A stretch of 64,000 nucleotides of DNA from Octopus vulgaris (taxonomy: Eukaryota), in NCBI GenBank assembly GCA_951406725.2, contig OX597818.1:41540001-41604000 (forward strand). Direction: 5' to 3'. Position 1 is the stretch's first letter; each line of letters opens with the position of its first letter. The notes beneath the pieces are model-generated. The model did not search any database and was not told the origin of the DNA. It worked only from the letters and a program-made list of their open reading frames with translations. Below, in pieces: positions 63,001 through 64,000 of the stretch. Both the position numbers and the translations under genes were made by a program.

Positions 63001-64000
63001 CTGCAAATAAAAAAAAATGACTAGTGTATTATTCAAAAATAAAATAAACTATAACTTTTCTGATAAAAGGATTCCATTCTACCAAAATTCATATTTGAAA
63101 ACTAAATTATGCAGAATAACATGGCAGTAAAACACTACAAATATCATCACATATTCAAACTTTAACTTACAATGATATTAGTTATTAAATATGAAAGACG
63201 GTGAGGTACATAACATTAAGAGAGAGAGGGAGAGAACATTCAAAATTATTAAAATGATTATTACTTCAATATGGTATTAAATTATTCCAAAAGAACTGAC
63301 TGGATATTACAGCAGTTTTCATCATCATCATTTAACGCCTATGTTCCATGAGAGCACACGGGCTGGACAGCTTGACAGGATACGATGTGTCCAAGGACTG
63401 CATCGTGAACCAATGCCTGTGGCTGGATGCCCATCTCAGCACCTACTTTATAGTGTGGACTGAGTGCATTTTTTGTGCCACCTGCACTATTGAGGTTAGC
63501 ATGCAGCTTGCAGAACTACAGGTTCTGTGGGGTGCAATAGAGGGGTCAGCTTCATGATAGTGGACAAGATATTGAACTATGAAAAGGTGGGAGGGGGAAT
63601 GCAGGATTCTGTAAAAAGATCTGCATGGTTACTCACATATAGAAGAGGTAGGAAGAGAAGGAGAAAATAAACAGGAGTTGCAATAGATAATGGTGATGAG
63701 GTGCTTAGATGGCCCCACAAAGCACAAAGTGAGTTGAAGAATCAATTTGCAAGATTGTATGGGAAGGAGAATGAGGTGGGGGATGGGAGACAGACTACCA
63801 GAATGAGTAGGATTGAAGGTGTGATGAGCAAGTTTGGGTAGAATTTTTAAATAGATCAATAGTCCCTTAATACAAAAAAAGCACTGCTTTAGTAAAAAGA
63901 AGTAATTTGGACTTAGAATTTTGTACGACCAACTTTAAGCACAAACAAGTGGAAACTTGGAATAGAAATGGAAAAAAAAATGACAGTAAGAAACATTTAG

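Overview
Repeat-rich, AT-rich eukaryotic genomic DNA. The SINE families, RTE LINE and microsatellite load point to a coleoid cephalopod, most likely Octopus (inference). Two spliced genes converge tail-to-tail. The first is a complete four-exon, 120-aa small membrane-protein gene on + (23386-41861). It resembles TMEM243 and is not listed in its correct frame in the ORF track. The second is the 3' half of the ANKHD1/ANKRD17/Mask (ankyrin + KH) gene on -, with 11 phase-consistent coding exons from 63000 down to the stop at 47269. The rest is transposon-derived: several tRNA-derived SINE families, an RTE LINE, Tx1/L1 and R4/Dong-like remnants, a Tigger/pogo element and its deleted derivative, Tc1/mariner remnants, hAT, piggyBac-like and Tc1 MITEs, a non-autonomous Helitron, Gypsy-like LTRs and a foldback element. 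The most notable signal is an ~848-bp unit repeated 2.04 times inside a (TA)n microsatellite (17410-19136). On the - strand each unit carries all three hammerhead-ribozyme core strands with correct flanking helices, but in a non-canonical (non-circularly permuted) order, which suggests a retrozyme or Penelope-like self-cleaving RNA element. Also notable are a minimal hammerhead in sense orientation inside an ANKHD1 intron and a PAM2-like motif in the Mask protein. All calls are from manual reading; no searches or folding programs were run.
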